A stretch of DNA of 64,000 nucleotides from Botryllus schlosseri (taxonomy: Eukaryota): assembly GCA_051294905.1 (NCBI GenBank), contig CM119381.1, forward strand, positions 9,858,001-9,922,000, written 5' to 3'. Shown one piece after another: positions 39,437 through 58,565 of this stretch. Each line of letters begins with the position of its first letter. Positions within the stretch are counted from its first letter, which is position 1. The translations under genes and the position numbers were made by a program. Below the pieces are notes generated by a model. That model saw only the letters and a program-made list of their open reading frames with translations. It searched no databases and was not told the origin of the DNA.

Positions 39437-39600
39437 ACATTATAATATTTTCATCTGAACTAGACTCACACAATGTACAATGCGGTGTGATGAACAGATA
39501 GGATGCTGAACGACCATTTGCAGTCTCTTAAACCGGCATCCATCTCGGCCTAGTGCCAGATATAGCAGTTCTTTCTTCGATGCTTCTCTATATCCAGCTG
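39437..39600 (-). repeat. Family B copy, reverse orientation
   Basis: TTTTCATCTGAAC...GAACAGATAGGATG...CATCCATCTCGGCCTAGTGCC is the reverse complement of the family core. Confidence 0.7.
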
Positions 39601-40237
39601 CTCTTTCCATTCCTTGTAAGTGGGCCTTTCATGGGGTCGTTTTCTGGGCTTTTGTCACGCTAACAGCGATGTAAACGGTTGTGATGCTACTGATACTGTT
39701 GATAGTCCAATTTCAGCAGCAAAGCACTGCTTACAGGCGTGCTATATTTTTGCTGCAGTTAAGCGTTCATCCCGATCTCCTGTATATTTGGATTGAAAGA
39801 GTATTCACTCAGTGTTTTATTTATATTTTTATCCATTTAATACACCATAAGATAGTAGCAATCTACAGCGTAAATTGCAATGATAAGATTGCGAGATGGA
39901 TATCGCTACTTCAACCACAGACTTTGAAATTCAACCGACATGATTTGTGGACTGGGATCAGGGTTTGAGAAGTAAAATAGCTTGATAAAACGTAAACATA
40001 TATTTTCAAATGCACTGTAGCGTTTTTACGTACCGTACCGTACCTACAGATCTGTTTGAAATATTCGCTATCGTAACCAGTCAAGCATGTTATGACATTC
40101 TGTTTTATCGAAAATTGCGTTGTCATAAATTCTGCCTGAGTCTGGAGTCCAGGTCCACAAGCCCAAGCGGAGCGCGGCATTTTTCGTTTGTTTGGGTAAT
40201 ATCGCAGTTTTAATCGCGTATCTGAACTGTTTTGAAC

Positions 40238-46670
<6,433 letters not shown>

Positions 46671-47262
46671 TGCAATGCTCAGTTACCTTGGACAGTGGAC
46701 AATAAATTTTTGGGGAATATATGAAAAATACTGTTGATAATTCCCATGGAATGAGATGGTGGTAGGGCGTTGGCTTCATGATCGTCCGAGCAACTTGCTT
46801 GATATACCGACATCCCTGCTAGGCGGTAAGCATAATGGGTTGTGTGGAGGAGAATGGTGATGCTGACAAGAAAACCGAGCTGTGGAGTCTGCTCACTAAC
46901 TTCAAACACGCAGAGTTCTGATATTTTTGTATAACAGCTTTGTGTCCTAGTCGCATGGTTTCCAGAACAATTGGCTGCATTGAAGTTGTTCTCATCGTGA
47001 AAGTTTTTATTACTATGCTGAATGTAACAACACTCCTGGGCATGAATGGTTCCCAAACACTATTCAAAATGGCTGTTCAGAGTCCAGTGCTAACTTGCAG
47101 ATAGGAAGGTATGGGTCGAGATCATAAAAGCAGCTATTACGAACTAATCGATCTCATAATTCCGAGTCCTGGATAGTCTCTAATCTAGTAAGCATTCATT
47201 ATCCACAGCATCGATTGTTGCTTGCAAATAATTTGTATTGAAAAGAGCAATAGAGAGAAGTT

Positions 47263-47577
47263 CTATTTTCCATAATCGTCCGGGATAGTTAGTCCAACTG
47301 AGTTAGCGGCTTGCTCTGGTGTCTTCTCGCCAGAGCCTTTGAATTTAACAAGCAGTTCATCGAGTTCCCTCGTGCTCCGTAAAAGGCACCAGTAAGTGGC
47401 GGCGTCGTGTTTCGCCTCCTCAGTCGCTCTGCAGTATCTCGATGACGTGACTTGGTTCTCTCGATACTTATCCAGAACAAATTTACATCTTTCCGATTTA
47501 ATGCCACTGCTCGACGCCCGGCATACCTCTCGCAATAAACTATGACAAACGTGTCTAGCCGGTAACCGGAGGGTCAT
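47263..47577 (-). CDS. FMC1: Formation of mitochondrial complex V assembly factor 1; single coding exon
   Basis: 104-aa ORF; SLLREV, VTSSRYCRA, AATYWCLLRSTR, GEKTPEQAANSVGLTIP match the FMC1/C7orf55 pattern as I recall it. Confidence 0.85.
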   Translation of the reverse strand: MTLRLPARHVCHSLLREVCRASSSGIKSERCKFVLDKYRENQVTSSRYCRATEEAKHDAATYWCLLRSTRELDELLVKFKGSGEKTPEQAANSVGLTIPDDYGK

Positions 47578-48337
47578 CGCCGGAATTTATTACGGAATCT
47601 ATACAAAACACCAAAGACACGGGTAAGTCACGGAAGACAGACCTACCTACTCCCGCATTGAGAATGCATTTCTTGAAAATACTACAACAGCATAGCAATT
47701 CTACGGATTGTGGTCGATTTCCATGTAGACGAAGCAGTTGAAAGAACAATATGGTCTCTCACAATTTTTAGGTTGGGTTATAAACAGGGCTGGACAGAAT
47801 GATTCGAGTTGAATATTACTTTCGGACCGTGGAAGCCTTGAAACCAGGATTGGCCATGTAGTAGAGCTACGCAGGTTAGTGGAAATGAAATTTCTATCAA
47901 CCGGTGAGTAAGCGACCCACACCACAGCATTGTCACAGAGTGAAATGAAATAGGTATGTTCGAAAAAATAACAAATTATCTTCGATGTGATGTAGAAATG
48001 ACACTATTTTCTTTGAGGACGTATAAAAGTGACATATTTGAACTTTCCATGTCATTCATATTCTTATGATGACAGAATGAGTGACAGTCAAATAGTCGAC
48101 CCAAGCTTATCACTCAATTCACTCAGGTATTTAATTTGGCCCAGCCACAGTTATAAAGTTATTATTGCCATAAACGCAATACCAAAATTTGCAGTACAAC
48201 GAAAAACGGTATGAATCGGTAGCGCTGCCATCAAAACCTGGATCAGAAGTACTTGAAAACGCCGTCAAAATGATTGTTCAACAGAAACGCAATTGGTTCA
48301 CCAGAAAACTGTGCTTGTACACGGGTCAGCAAATATC

Positions 48338-49594
48338 TTAAAAATATTTCCCCAGCCTTTGTGGGTTTTGCGATGGATAGTATGTTTGCGACCTGCGTTC
48401 AGAGTTGAACTGCGCCTGTGAAGTCCCCGGCATTGGCGGAGGCATCAGAGGCATTGGAGGCGGACCCGGTCCCATCAGGGGTGGTGGCATCACCCTTTGC
48501 GGTCCAAATGTTCCAGGGGGCGGTGGTTCATCAGGATGGGGCCTTTTCTTGCCTCTCGGACCTCCTTTGAGGATATCTTCCGGCATCGGCAGAGCTCCAG
48601 GAAGACCAGGGACAGGGGGTAAGGATATTTCTTTTTCTTCAGATTTTGAAGTGAGTGCCCTAGACGAGCCTTGTGATCTGCCCCATCTTATGGCCAGCTT
48701 TTTTCCCTTGATTACTAATTTTCCGAGACTCTTTTCAGCTGCTAAAGTAGCTTCGGACCGTTTTGTAAACTGGACAAACGCACAGCTTTGCTTGGAAGCA
48801 ATATGAATCGATCTAATTTCACCAAATTGATAAAAGTGATCACGAAGGTCCTGCTCATTGATTTCTTCCGTGACACCACCAATGTACAAGGTCGTTATTG
48901 TTTTGTCTTCGGGTGCAACAAGGGTAATGTCCGGGCAATTTGCGGCTCTCTTCATGAGCTTGTCCGCAACTGGGTCATTAACACCGTAATATCGATCCTT
49001 GATGTTTTGATCCGATAATGGATCGTCTGGATCTGTTGGTGTTTCATGACGATAGGGACATTCTTCTCCACGTTTACATTCGCCTTTGACCCAGAAGGAA
49101 CATATATGGGGCATGTTTCGTTTATAATAGGGAGTATTTCGTGCTAGACGAGAAAGTAAGTCATTAGCAGCCTGAGCTTTGGCTATTTCACCAACTGGCG
49201 TGGTTCCATCCGTATTCGCAATGGCCCTTTCCATATTCTGTGTGTAGTATTCTTTGTTTACATCCGACTTGGGCAGATCCTCAATCATACCCAGGGCTTG
49301 GTCACGGACCTGGACAGGCAAACCGTATTCCAAGTCGAGAAGGCAGGTTTGACAAGTGTTTTTCAATTTGGAGCAAGTCTGACATATTTCAGTTTTCTTG
49401 AATCGCATCCGCGCTCCGGGACACCATCGGAAAGTCGTAAACGGTCTGTCACAAATCTTACATTCCTGTCCGAACTTTTCTTTCATCATACGAATGTATG
49501 GATTGTCCCCGAGACATGTCTGGCACAGAATGGGGAAATCAGCTTCCTCCCAGTTTTGTCTGTTATACCTGTTTGCTCCTAGAGACGTTGCCAT
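48338..49594 (-). CDS. RBM22: Pre-mRNA splicing factor RBM22; intronless
   Basis: 418-aa ORF beginning [29 protein letters not shown]; CCCH finger [22 protein letters not shown] (LYIGG, CAFVQF), Pro-rich tail ending [11 protein letters not shown]. Confidence 0.97.
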   Translation of the reverse strand: MATSLGANRYNRQNWEEADFPILCQTCLGDNPYIRMMKEKFGQECKICDRPFTTFRWCPGARMRFKKTEICQTCSKLKNTCQTCLLDLEYGLPVQVRDQALGMIEDLPKSDVNKEYYTQNMERAIANTDGTTPVGEIAKAQAANDLLSRLARNTPYYKRNMPHICSFWVKGECKRGEECPYRHETPTDPDDPLSDQNIKDRYYGVNDPVADKLMKRAANCPDITLVAPEDKTITTLYIGGVTEEINEQDLRDHFYQFGEIRSIHIASKQSCAFVQFTKRSEATLAAEKSLGKLVIKGKKLAIRWGRSQGSSRALTSKSEEKEISLPPVPGLPGALPMPEDILKGGPRGKKRPHPDEPPPPGTFGPQRVMPPPLMGPGPPPMPLMPPPMPGTSQAQFNSERRSQTYYPSQNPQRLGKYF

Positions 49595-50568
49595 TATGTC
49601 AGCAGATACCTTATCTATATAGTACTAAACAATGAGTCCGATTTCGGCTTAAGACGAGACTTTCTATAATATCGCTGTTATAACAATCGTAGCGGACGTA
49701 GAGTAAAGCACGGTTGGGTCAGAGATATAAAGGCTGTGAAATTGTAACAGCAATAGCGCCTCTGGCGTTGCATCATCGAGCCACAAGCCATTTCGTTATG
49801 TAGTGGCAATACGAAGCGAAGCCACTTAGCGAAGCAAAAACTAGTCATGTGGTCAAATGTAGTCAAACATGGGCTCCATAATAAGATACAACAAAAAGTC
49901 ACCTTTTGATGCAAGAGAGTATGGTTATGGTTATCGGTCAGAAGACGAAATCATAGATATGTTGATTCTTTTTTTTTAATTTAAATGATTACAAGATTGC
50001 TTACTCTGCCACCAAGATATTTTTCGAAATTACTGCACAATCTAAGTCATCGAAATCGCCTGCCGATACATTCAGCTCATTTTTTTCGCTTCCTTTTATG
50101 TTATCCTTTCTTAAATCCAGTGTGAAGGCCTCTTATTTATATGCTGTAGGCTAAGGTTGGTGTCTCCTGTCTAATTAAAGGACTATTCAAAGTCGTTTCG
50201 GCACCCTCCTATCTTTTCATTATGTCGCAATATTGCGGTGTACTGATTTGATAATTGTCATCATGAAATGATGACAATGTTAGTATACATACCTAATGAG
50301 AAAATACATAAATAATCACGTAAAATTGATTAGTAACTAATAAATGAAGGTGAAAAACACGCATCCGTGCGAGCGATTGGGTTCACACGAAAATCATTGA
50401 AGGGAAACCAACCCACTGTTGTCAACATCACTCATCAGAGTTTGAAGATGACGTGTGCTGCCGACTGCGGAATCGGAGCGGTGCAAAGAAAATAAACAAA
50501 ACCTGCTCCACGTCTGCACCCCCCCCCCCTCCGTCTTTTTGGGTTGCTAACACGGTTGATATTTGGTA
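49595..50568. promoter_or_regulatory. Probable bidirectional promoter region between RBM22 and ERLEC1
   Basis: 974 bp between divergent start codons; inferred from geometry only. Confidence 0.6.
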
Positions 50569-53500
50569 ATGGCTTTACGGCACGTTATCACAGTTCTATG
50601 CATCGTTTACCTAGTCCCACTTGTGCTAACCGTGCTTGATGACACTGTCAAATATTCCTTGAGCTGGCCAGGAAAAGAATTCGATCTTAAGGTACGCTTT
50701 ACTACTGCATTTTATTTTGTGTGATGAATCTTGTAAATCTTACTGAAAAACACCTTATTTCAGGACTTTGCGGGTGAACAATATAATGAGCCTGAAACGC
50801 TAAAAATTAAGACTCAGAACAATGAAGAATATGAATGCATGATTCCAACATATCTCAAAGAAAAGGTAACAACAATTGCCTGCCCTGTTACTTGTGAATT
50901 ATGATCAGTCAGTTATGTAAAGAATGGAATAGTATATATAGCCTATAGGCTATCTTTATTTTCCTTTCTGGAAATGTTTACATATAGAAAGTCTTGCGGC
51001 TGGGGCTGGGAATGCATCATGCCAATAATGTAGAATGTGCAACAATTACTAAGAAACCTCATTTTTTAGGTAGGCTACTTGAGCTGTGTGTAGGCAATTG
51101 CTTAGGAAAATGCAACTATGTTTATGTTCTAATAATTCGGTAAATAATTTTGGAAAGAGCGATTTTTTAAATTGATCATTTGCAGGGTTGTAATGTCTCA
51201 ACATGAAAATATAACTTTCCGAGTCGTAGATTTAATTGACATTTGATTCCACTCAATTCAACTGCTAGCCTATTACTTCAGTCATTAATCGCGACTCGGC
51301 CAGGTCATATAATGATTTCTGATATTCTGTATGATTTGGTTCGAGATTCATGTCATATATTTTGATCGACTTTTGCCTGGCTTTTGTACCGTATGTTTTC
51401 AGTCGGCCTGTATGACTTCTGAAGGCAATTGTTAATGTTGTCGCTGGTGCTTAGGTAGGCCTATTACTGGCTGGTTGAGTTGCAATTGATTGTACTTGCA
51501 TTGCTATCGGCTTTTCATCAATAAGCCAAAGTGTAAAATAAATTAGGGCTCATATTGGCTGATATATTATACAGTGATTGTTGCCAGAATTGATTCATAA
51601 AGGATGACTCAAAGATGACTTGTAATAGAAAACTTTGACTCGAGTCGAAGGTCAAAATTTGAGAATGACTTGTAAACTTGAAAGGTCGTGACTTGTTAAT
51701 CTCCCTTGCTATTTGTTGCAACCACATTCACGGAGCATCCTTTATTTCATCAAATTGCAATCAATTTAATTACCGCATGTTGAGTAAGGCGATGCCATGC
51801 TATTTGCGGTTAAAAATGACACCGTCGTCGACGTTGGTTTTAACAAAATCAAACACACAGGTACACTTATTTTGTAGAGTGATGAAGAAGAATACAATGA
51901 AGCAACACCTCCGTCTAAACTTCTCTCGCCGTTGCTCAAAAAGAACACATGCACCTACAGATTGGGGCTATACTGGCAGTATGAAATCTGTCACGGAAAG
52001 CATATAAGACAATTTCATGAAGATAAAATCGCTGGCGGGGTGAGTTTATTGGCAATCGTGAAACTGTAACATCAGTTAACTGAGATCCACTCATTCAATA
52101 ACGATAGTCAAGTTTGGTTTTGGCATGTACTCGGCAACTTTAGTACATAGGAGGCTTAACTAGCGCACTCCGCACAATTCTATTTGCAAGCATCATTTCA
52201 ATGTGCGTGTGCGGGTCTTAGTGTGGCCATTATTGAAGAAAAATACATCATTTTTTAAAAATGAATAATAAGAGTACAGATACAACAATGCTTGCAGCTG
52301 CAGACGAGAGTAGTTTTTTGTGTTATGCTATATAGGCCTGTAGCGCCTTACATTCAGAGACTGTAGTCAAATTAGTCAGGGTTGATGCTGAAGTTAAAGT
52401 AGAAGTGACATCAAGTATTAGCAGAGATCGTGATTTCCAAGACGTTTTAAAAGTACTTCAGGTCGATGTCAAAAATCATGATCCGAGAAGTAGTCCGTCA
52501 GTTGTTCTGTAAGTAGATTTGGTCAAGGTGTCACATAATATGTTTAACAGTTAGTCAGAAGCCATCACTTACGTCACACAAAGTCCATACCATATTGGCA
52601 ACTTATTGCACTACAGCTAGGCGCAATTTTGGAAAATGAGTTCTACAAACTTGAACACCCGGGACACCAGGGTTGTAATGACTCGAGTCATGACCCGACT
52701 CGAGTCGCGATTTTTTGGTGACTCGACTTGACTCGACTCGAGTCAATTTCCGTATTGACTCGACTTGTACTCGAGTCATTGCGCATGACTCGGACCAAGT
52801 CATATGACTCGAGACTGGGTCCACCAAGACAGGCATTTCGTTGTAATTTTGAAGAATAGTGAAGTTGTCACAGTAGTACCGTATTATTTCGTTTATCAGT
52901 CCTGGTGCTTGAAAATGCTACCAGAAACTGTTAAAAATGAGGAAATTAATATATTATGAATGCGAAGCATTCGATGTCATCGAGCAACGTTGTAAAAAAA
53001 TGGGTTTCATATGACATTAACTTGGAACTGCACAGTCAACACAATGACTTGGACTCGGACTCGAGTCAAAACACTATGACTCGGACTCGACACTCTACTC
53101 CATGACTTGGATTCAGACTTGACTCAGTGGTGAATTGAAAATGACTCGACTTGACTCGAGTCAAAACTGTTAAAGTCAGATTGACTTGTGACTCGGAACC
53201 TTGTGACTTGGTTACAGCCCTGCAGAACACGTAAAAACTAGATACTTCTAGTTTAGGTGGAATTAGTCTTACAAAATCTGTCTTCATAATATTATACACA
53301 TTGTACAGAACTTTTCCCAATTACTACAGAGTACCTTTTTTAGGGCACCAAACTGCAAGAATACTTTCTTGGTTACTTCAAAGACGCTGTCGACGAGAAT
53401 GGAGTGCTCGAGGGTTTGAAACCCGACCCGAAGACATCGGACGAAATCCCCACAAGGAAATTTGACGGAGTTACGACCCCGTACTATGAACTGGAAATGA

Positions 53501-56500
53501 CGAGTGGAACTCCGTGTGATTTAATGGTATGGCTGTGAAGTATTTTCCCGCACAGATACTTGATCAATTTGTGATATCATGTTAGGGTGGTACTAAGAGG
53601 AAGACCCGTGTGTTGTATATATGTGATCCTAGCTCGGCAAATGGGATGATATCAGTTGTCGAGACAAGTTCTTGTGAATATGAAGTCGTGGTGGCCACAC
53701 CATTGCTGTGTGCGAATCCATTTTACAGGTCTGTATCATCTTGAATTATATTTTCAATACTACGGGTTGGAATTGAGCCGAAATTGGTGTGCACTGTGCA
53801 GTGTTTCTTTAGATAACCTTACAATTTTATCAAGTAGCCAGTAAAAGTTTTAAAAAAATAGGTATTTTTGAACAGCCCAACCGTACGGCTACGGATGGTC
53901 AGTAACAGAGTACTTCTACTTTTTCAGAGCACTCTATGTTTTACCGATACCTTCACTTTACTTCAACTACTTATATTCTACATTTTGGGTTTGAAAAGTA
54001 GATACTAGTTTTGTGGTAAGCTTTCATGGATGAAATTGTCATAAGAACCGTGTATAATGACCTCTGTATCATGGTAACTAAATATACTTTTGAAGATGGT
54101 ACCTGTTTGTTGTTTCATTGTTCGTTGCATTAGTCGCGAAGATGTATACAGCAATTTCAAAAGCAACCACCTCCGATTAACTGAAAATTATGCGACCCCT
54201 CCTCCAAATCCCCTTTTTGTAACTACACAGGCCTACTTGAGTAATTTGTAGACCTTATCATTTTTGACTTACGATTGAAGTAATTTCGACGTATCTTGGA
54301 AATTACTACTTCTACCTGTAATTGAATGGAAGATTCCAGTTCTACTTCTACTTAAGTATCAAAGCTAACTTACTTTCACCACCTCTGTGTATCGTCACAT
54401 GTTTTATTCCTAGGGTCAAAAGCGACGATGTGAATGAAATCTTCTGCAGTCCGCTCGGTGACACACCCGCGAAGCCACATGCTCTCGTGATGGAAGAAAA
54501 GAAAGACCGGGTAATTTAACTCAAGACTCGCGCCTTGTGCTGGTTTGAAGAATTTATAATTAATTGATTTTCAAATTGCAATGTTCAAAGTGCAATAATC
54601 CTAATTTTTAGGCCCACTCGTGTATAGAGGTTAGATTGTTATGAACCGCAGATAATCATTTCACGTAACTGAGTGGATGGAAACCGGGGTAATGTTCGTC
54701 AAAATGAAAAAATGTATCGATATGTACAGGCAAATTAGGAAATGGTCGATTTGAAACACCGCACAGAATGACGTCACCATGTATCTCCAAAACTGTAGCT
54801 CTAGTAGACAGGATGTCTTAACTTAATTAAATCATCAAGTTTAGTTTTATATGTATAAGGCGCATTGTATCCAATTCTGGGAAGAGACTTTAAATGCAGA
54901 ATGTATGTCTTACACACGGGTAATGAATATAAATGAAATGTGTCCATTCCGTATACTTATTTAATACTAGTAAATCCACTATAACCACTTCACCTACATT
55001 TGACTGCGATTTCATTGAACGCTACCACGTTCAGGTGCAGCCTTCCAGAGAACGCCGAGAAGTTGTGGTGGATAGGGCAGACGAGATCAGCTCAGACGCC
55101 GTCAAGGACGACTATCGCAGACTCGAAAACACTCAGATTTCTTCACAAACAGACAAAATGGTGCTGCGTCAATTTTTGAAAGGTGAATTTTGTCTGACAG
55201 GTGTAAGTTTGACCGGTGCTTTTACAGCGCATACAGTGTTCTAATCGGAATTATGTCGTGCAGAACTCTGGGTGGTGGAGCTATGAATTTTGCTACGGGA
55301 AGTACGTCAAGCAATATCACATCGTAAGTTATAAACTTAGCAGTTGTGCTGTACACGTCAATTTGAGTACGGGCATTAGGTAACCCTACAACTAAAAATT
55401 ATTCTATCAACGTGAATGAATTTCGTTACTGTAAGCTTCATTTTCACATGAGGCTGTATCATGGATATGATTATGAAAGACGAAATTATATTTGATGATC
55501 AGGAGCTGGCATTATTTTATGTTATATGCACCAAAAAATGTATTTTCACTTTTGGTGGTCATGCATAAGAGGTACGCTACCAGAGTTGTAACCAAGTCAC
55601 AAGGTTCCGAGTAACAAGTCAATCTCATTTGAATTTATAGTTTTGACTGGAGTCCGAGTGATTGTGTTCTCTGTTCAGTTTCGAGGTCAATCTGGTGCAA
55701 CCCAATTTATTCAACTCTGCTGTGGTGATATAGAATGACTCGCATTCATAATATCGTGATTCCCCTCGATCCCAACATATTCTGGCCATATTTTCCAAGT
55801 ATCAAGACTGATAGGCGAAATAACAATGTGGTGACTTACCTATTCTTCGGAAGTTACAATGAAATATCTGTCTTGGCTGTCCTAGTGTCGAGTCATATGA
55901 CTTGTTCCAGCCGTGCACTATGACTCGAGTACAAGGCGAGTCAGTACACACAATGATTAGGACTCGATTACTCGACTCGAAGCATATTACTCGACTTGCA
56001 ATTGAATTAATTAAGTACTCGATTTTGCCCAGCGTTATTTTGAAGTGATAAAAATTGCTGATATCAATATATATTAGGATAAAGTGAGTGGCCGTACTGT
56101 GATCATGGTGGGGATATGGGACGAAGATGCGCATCTGAAATGGGCAAAGACAAGAACAGCGAGACACGTGAAGGGAGTTCTTAACGATAATGAAGGTGAA
56201 GTAGAGAATCAGGTACCGTCGACTTTTCCTGTGTTTTTGACGTTGTTGGTGTTTAATTAAGAGTTGATCAGTAATGAAGTACTACTTTTTCGCGGCACGA
56301 ATGTCGGTTTTGCGGGCTTGCACAACTTCCAATTCGACTGTTTTTGATGGCAGACTACTTGCTTTGTAGAATTTTAGATTTTGTCAAATAGAGAGTAGTA
56401 TTTGCATAGGTCTTCATCATGCTTACGAGTGAAATTGTCATAGCAACAGGGAGATGTAGCCCCGTGTCACGGTAACAATAATATAGGTGCGGTTTTCGAA

Positions 56501-57215
56501 ATTATAATCTGAAGAGTTTCTTGGAGGTACAGAACTTCACTATGCAACTGAACCTGACTATTTTCGGCCGAAAATCTTCAGCAATGTTTTTTCCAGTCCT
56601 CTTTACAGTGTCAGCCGAAAATATTCGGATTCATTCCAATATGAATATACTTTTCCATTATAATGATATAATCTGTGCTGATTTTCGTCAATCAATCATC
56701 GAATCTATCCATGTACTGCGTTTCTCTTGATCTAATCGAATACTGTCAAAAGTATTTTGCTTCAAAAACTGTTGAAGTATAAACCCACTTGAGTATTTCA
56801 CAGTAGAAATACTTCATTTCCGCCTACCTCTTGAGTTTGAGTGGTGCAGAGTGCCTTTTCCCCACCCTCTGGTGACCGCACTGGCACTTGGGTACAGAAT
56901 TCACGTCGCCCTCATATCATTCAGGTCAACATGGTGGAACATTTTTATCATAAAGGCGATTTCTGCGAAGCTGCGAATAAGCCACGCGAAGTCGTAGTGC
57001 GTCTCAAGTGTAAACAGAGCGGCAGCAAGCATTCTGTTGCTATTTATCTCAGGGAGCCGTCAACATGCAGCTATATTTTAGGGGTAGGTAGATCTTGTAA
57101 TGCATACTTGCGATACGGTAACTATTTTCGTGTTATGATGCAGGTGGAGTCTCCAATCATATGCGACTTATTGGAGACGGCGGATCAAAACGGCCTATTC
57201 CACGGGGATGTATAA
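50569..57215 (+). CDS. ERLEC1: Endoplasmic reticulum lectin 1 (XTP3-B), two MRH domains, 11 coding exons
   Basis: GT-AG exons 50569-50691, 50764-50865, 51878-52039, 53344-53526, 53586-53728, 54414-54510, 55035-55202, 55264-55323, 56078-56212, 56925-57083, 57144-57215. Signal peptide, SWPGKEF, CTYRLGLYWQYEICHGKHIRQFH, GWWSYEFCYGKYVKQYH, YLREPSTCSYILGVESPIIC. Confidence 0.93.
52668..53222. mobile_element. Second full copy of the GACTCGAGTC MITE, ERLEC1 intron 3
   Basis: Colinear with 26640-27223; TSD CGGGACAC/CAGAACAC (6/8). Confidence 0.85.
53891..54387. mobile_element. CAGAGGTGGTCA-terminated MITE family with CTACTT/AAGTAG repeats
   Basis: Right end TTTCACCACCTCTG, degenerate left end GGTCAGTAACAGAGTACTTCTAC. 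Other pieces at about 449-620, 14616 (left end only), 36967-37175, 56750-56880, 61885-62056. Confidence 0.65.
55581..55997. mobile_element. Degraded inverted copy of the GACTCGAGTC MITE
   Basis: Begins CAGAGTTGTAACCAAGTCACAAGGTTCCGAGT, the reverse complement of the right end of 52668-53222; far end approximate. Smaller fragments near 10380, 33040, 34340, 51600. Confidence 0.7.
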
Positions 57216-58565
57216 TGTTATGCGCCCTTCTGCTCTCGAAATACCATAGGTGTTGTTAGTGGTCGAGTTCAGAAAAATGCAGCTGGCCTGGTCAGACGGT
57301 CTGCTGTGCACTCGATGCGGTTTGCAGAAAATGGCGATATGACCTCTCTGGATGAAAAACGTTTTATAACGATATGAAATGCATGTTTCGCTTGTTGAAA
57401 TGAAATCGTCATCGTCTAATGACTTCTTTTATATCTAGTACACCGTATTTAACCGTTTGCGGTTGACATAGCTTTGAATAAAATTACTATTTATTAGGAA
57501 GACTAGTTACGTTGCCCTCTAACATTCAAGTTAGTCGCAGAACTAAGCAATTCTGGGATCGTATCATGACGCCTGGACTACATGGCCTTCTATATCGATT
57601 TGTCGAATACATCTCAAGTTCATCGATATATTCGTGCGCAGCTGGATATGAGTGGTTGTGGGCATTGTGTCGTAGCACAGAAGTCGACCAGTGCCGAAGT
57701 TCAATGGTAGGGAAAGATGGGGTACTATGGGACATTATGAATATTTTCGCTGTTTTCTTGAATTAAGCACCGGAAGAGTATACATCGCTTCGATGAGTTA
57801 GTCTTGTCATATTAACCACATTCCTCGTGTCTTTTTTTCAAACGTATAACCATGTCGTAGTTGCGTATATACTTCCGAAAAGCATGTAGTAGGAACGCTT
57901 TGAAGTGACTGGAACCCTGGAAATCCTCGTCGGTTCGACAGGTGTAGCAAGGATATATAGATCATTGGTACGAAATGGGTGTTCTGATGATGATGACCGC
58001 CGACCGCAAAAATGCTACATAACGATGCAGTCCTGGTTAAAGATAGCTTTAGTCCATGCAGCGTGTACTCAAAGTATACGCTGGTCCATGGGTGGGCAAA
58101 CTGCGGCCCGCAACACCATTCTGTGCGGTCCGCGAGAGTCTAAGAAACTTATTACAAATATTGATAAATACGTACTAAATATCGAATTATGATGCAGGAA
58201 CTAATGAAACTTTTTCTTAGTATATTTCACCATGATAGTTCTAAGGCAGTAGTTCTCAAACTGGGGGGCGCGCCCCCTTTGCGGGCGTAAAAGCATCTGA
58301 AGTGGGCGCGTAGCTGAGCTCAACTGAAAAAAAAATTTTGCGCTGCATGCGCGCGAATCACACCCGATTCCTAATTATTGCTCTGTATTTAGTCTGAATT
58401 TCATATCTGAAAATCTCTCATCCACAGTCGTATCCTTCCATGCCATCGAGATTGACATAATTCGGATCACGAGAGTGATTTCAGATTGGCCACTCCAGTT
58501 TTAACTATTTTAGAGATGTGCTTATAAGTCTTAGGTAGATTCGTTCTATGCGTAGAATTAGGGTA

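Noticed and set aside
49754-49768. TAGCGCCTCTGGCG as a CTCF-like site in the divergent promoter
   Set aside because: One base short of the consensus spacing; a single short motif cannot be supported without data.
52177-52190. ATTCTATTTGCAAG resembling the Ciona spliced leader
   Set aside because: Only a partial match, not followed by a GT donor or Sm site, so not an SL RNA gene.
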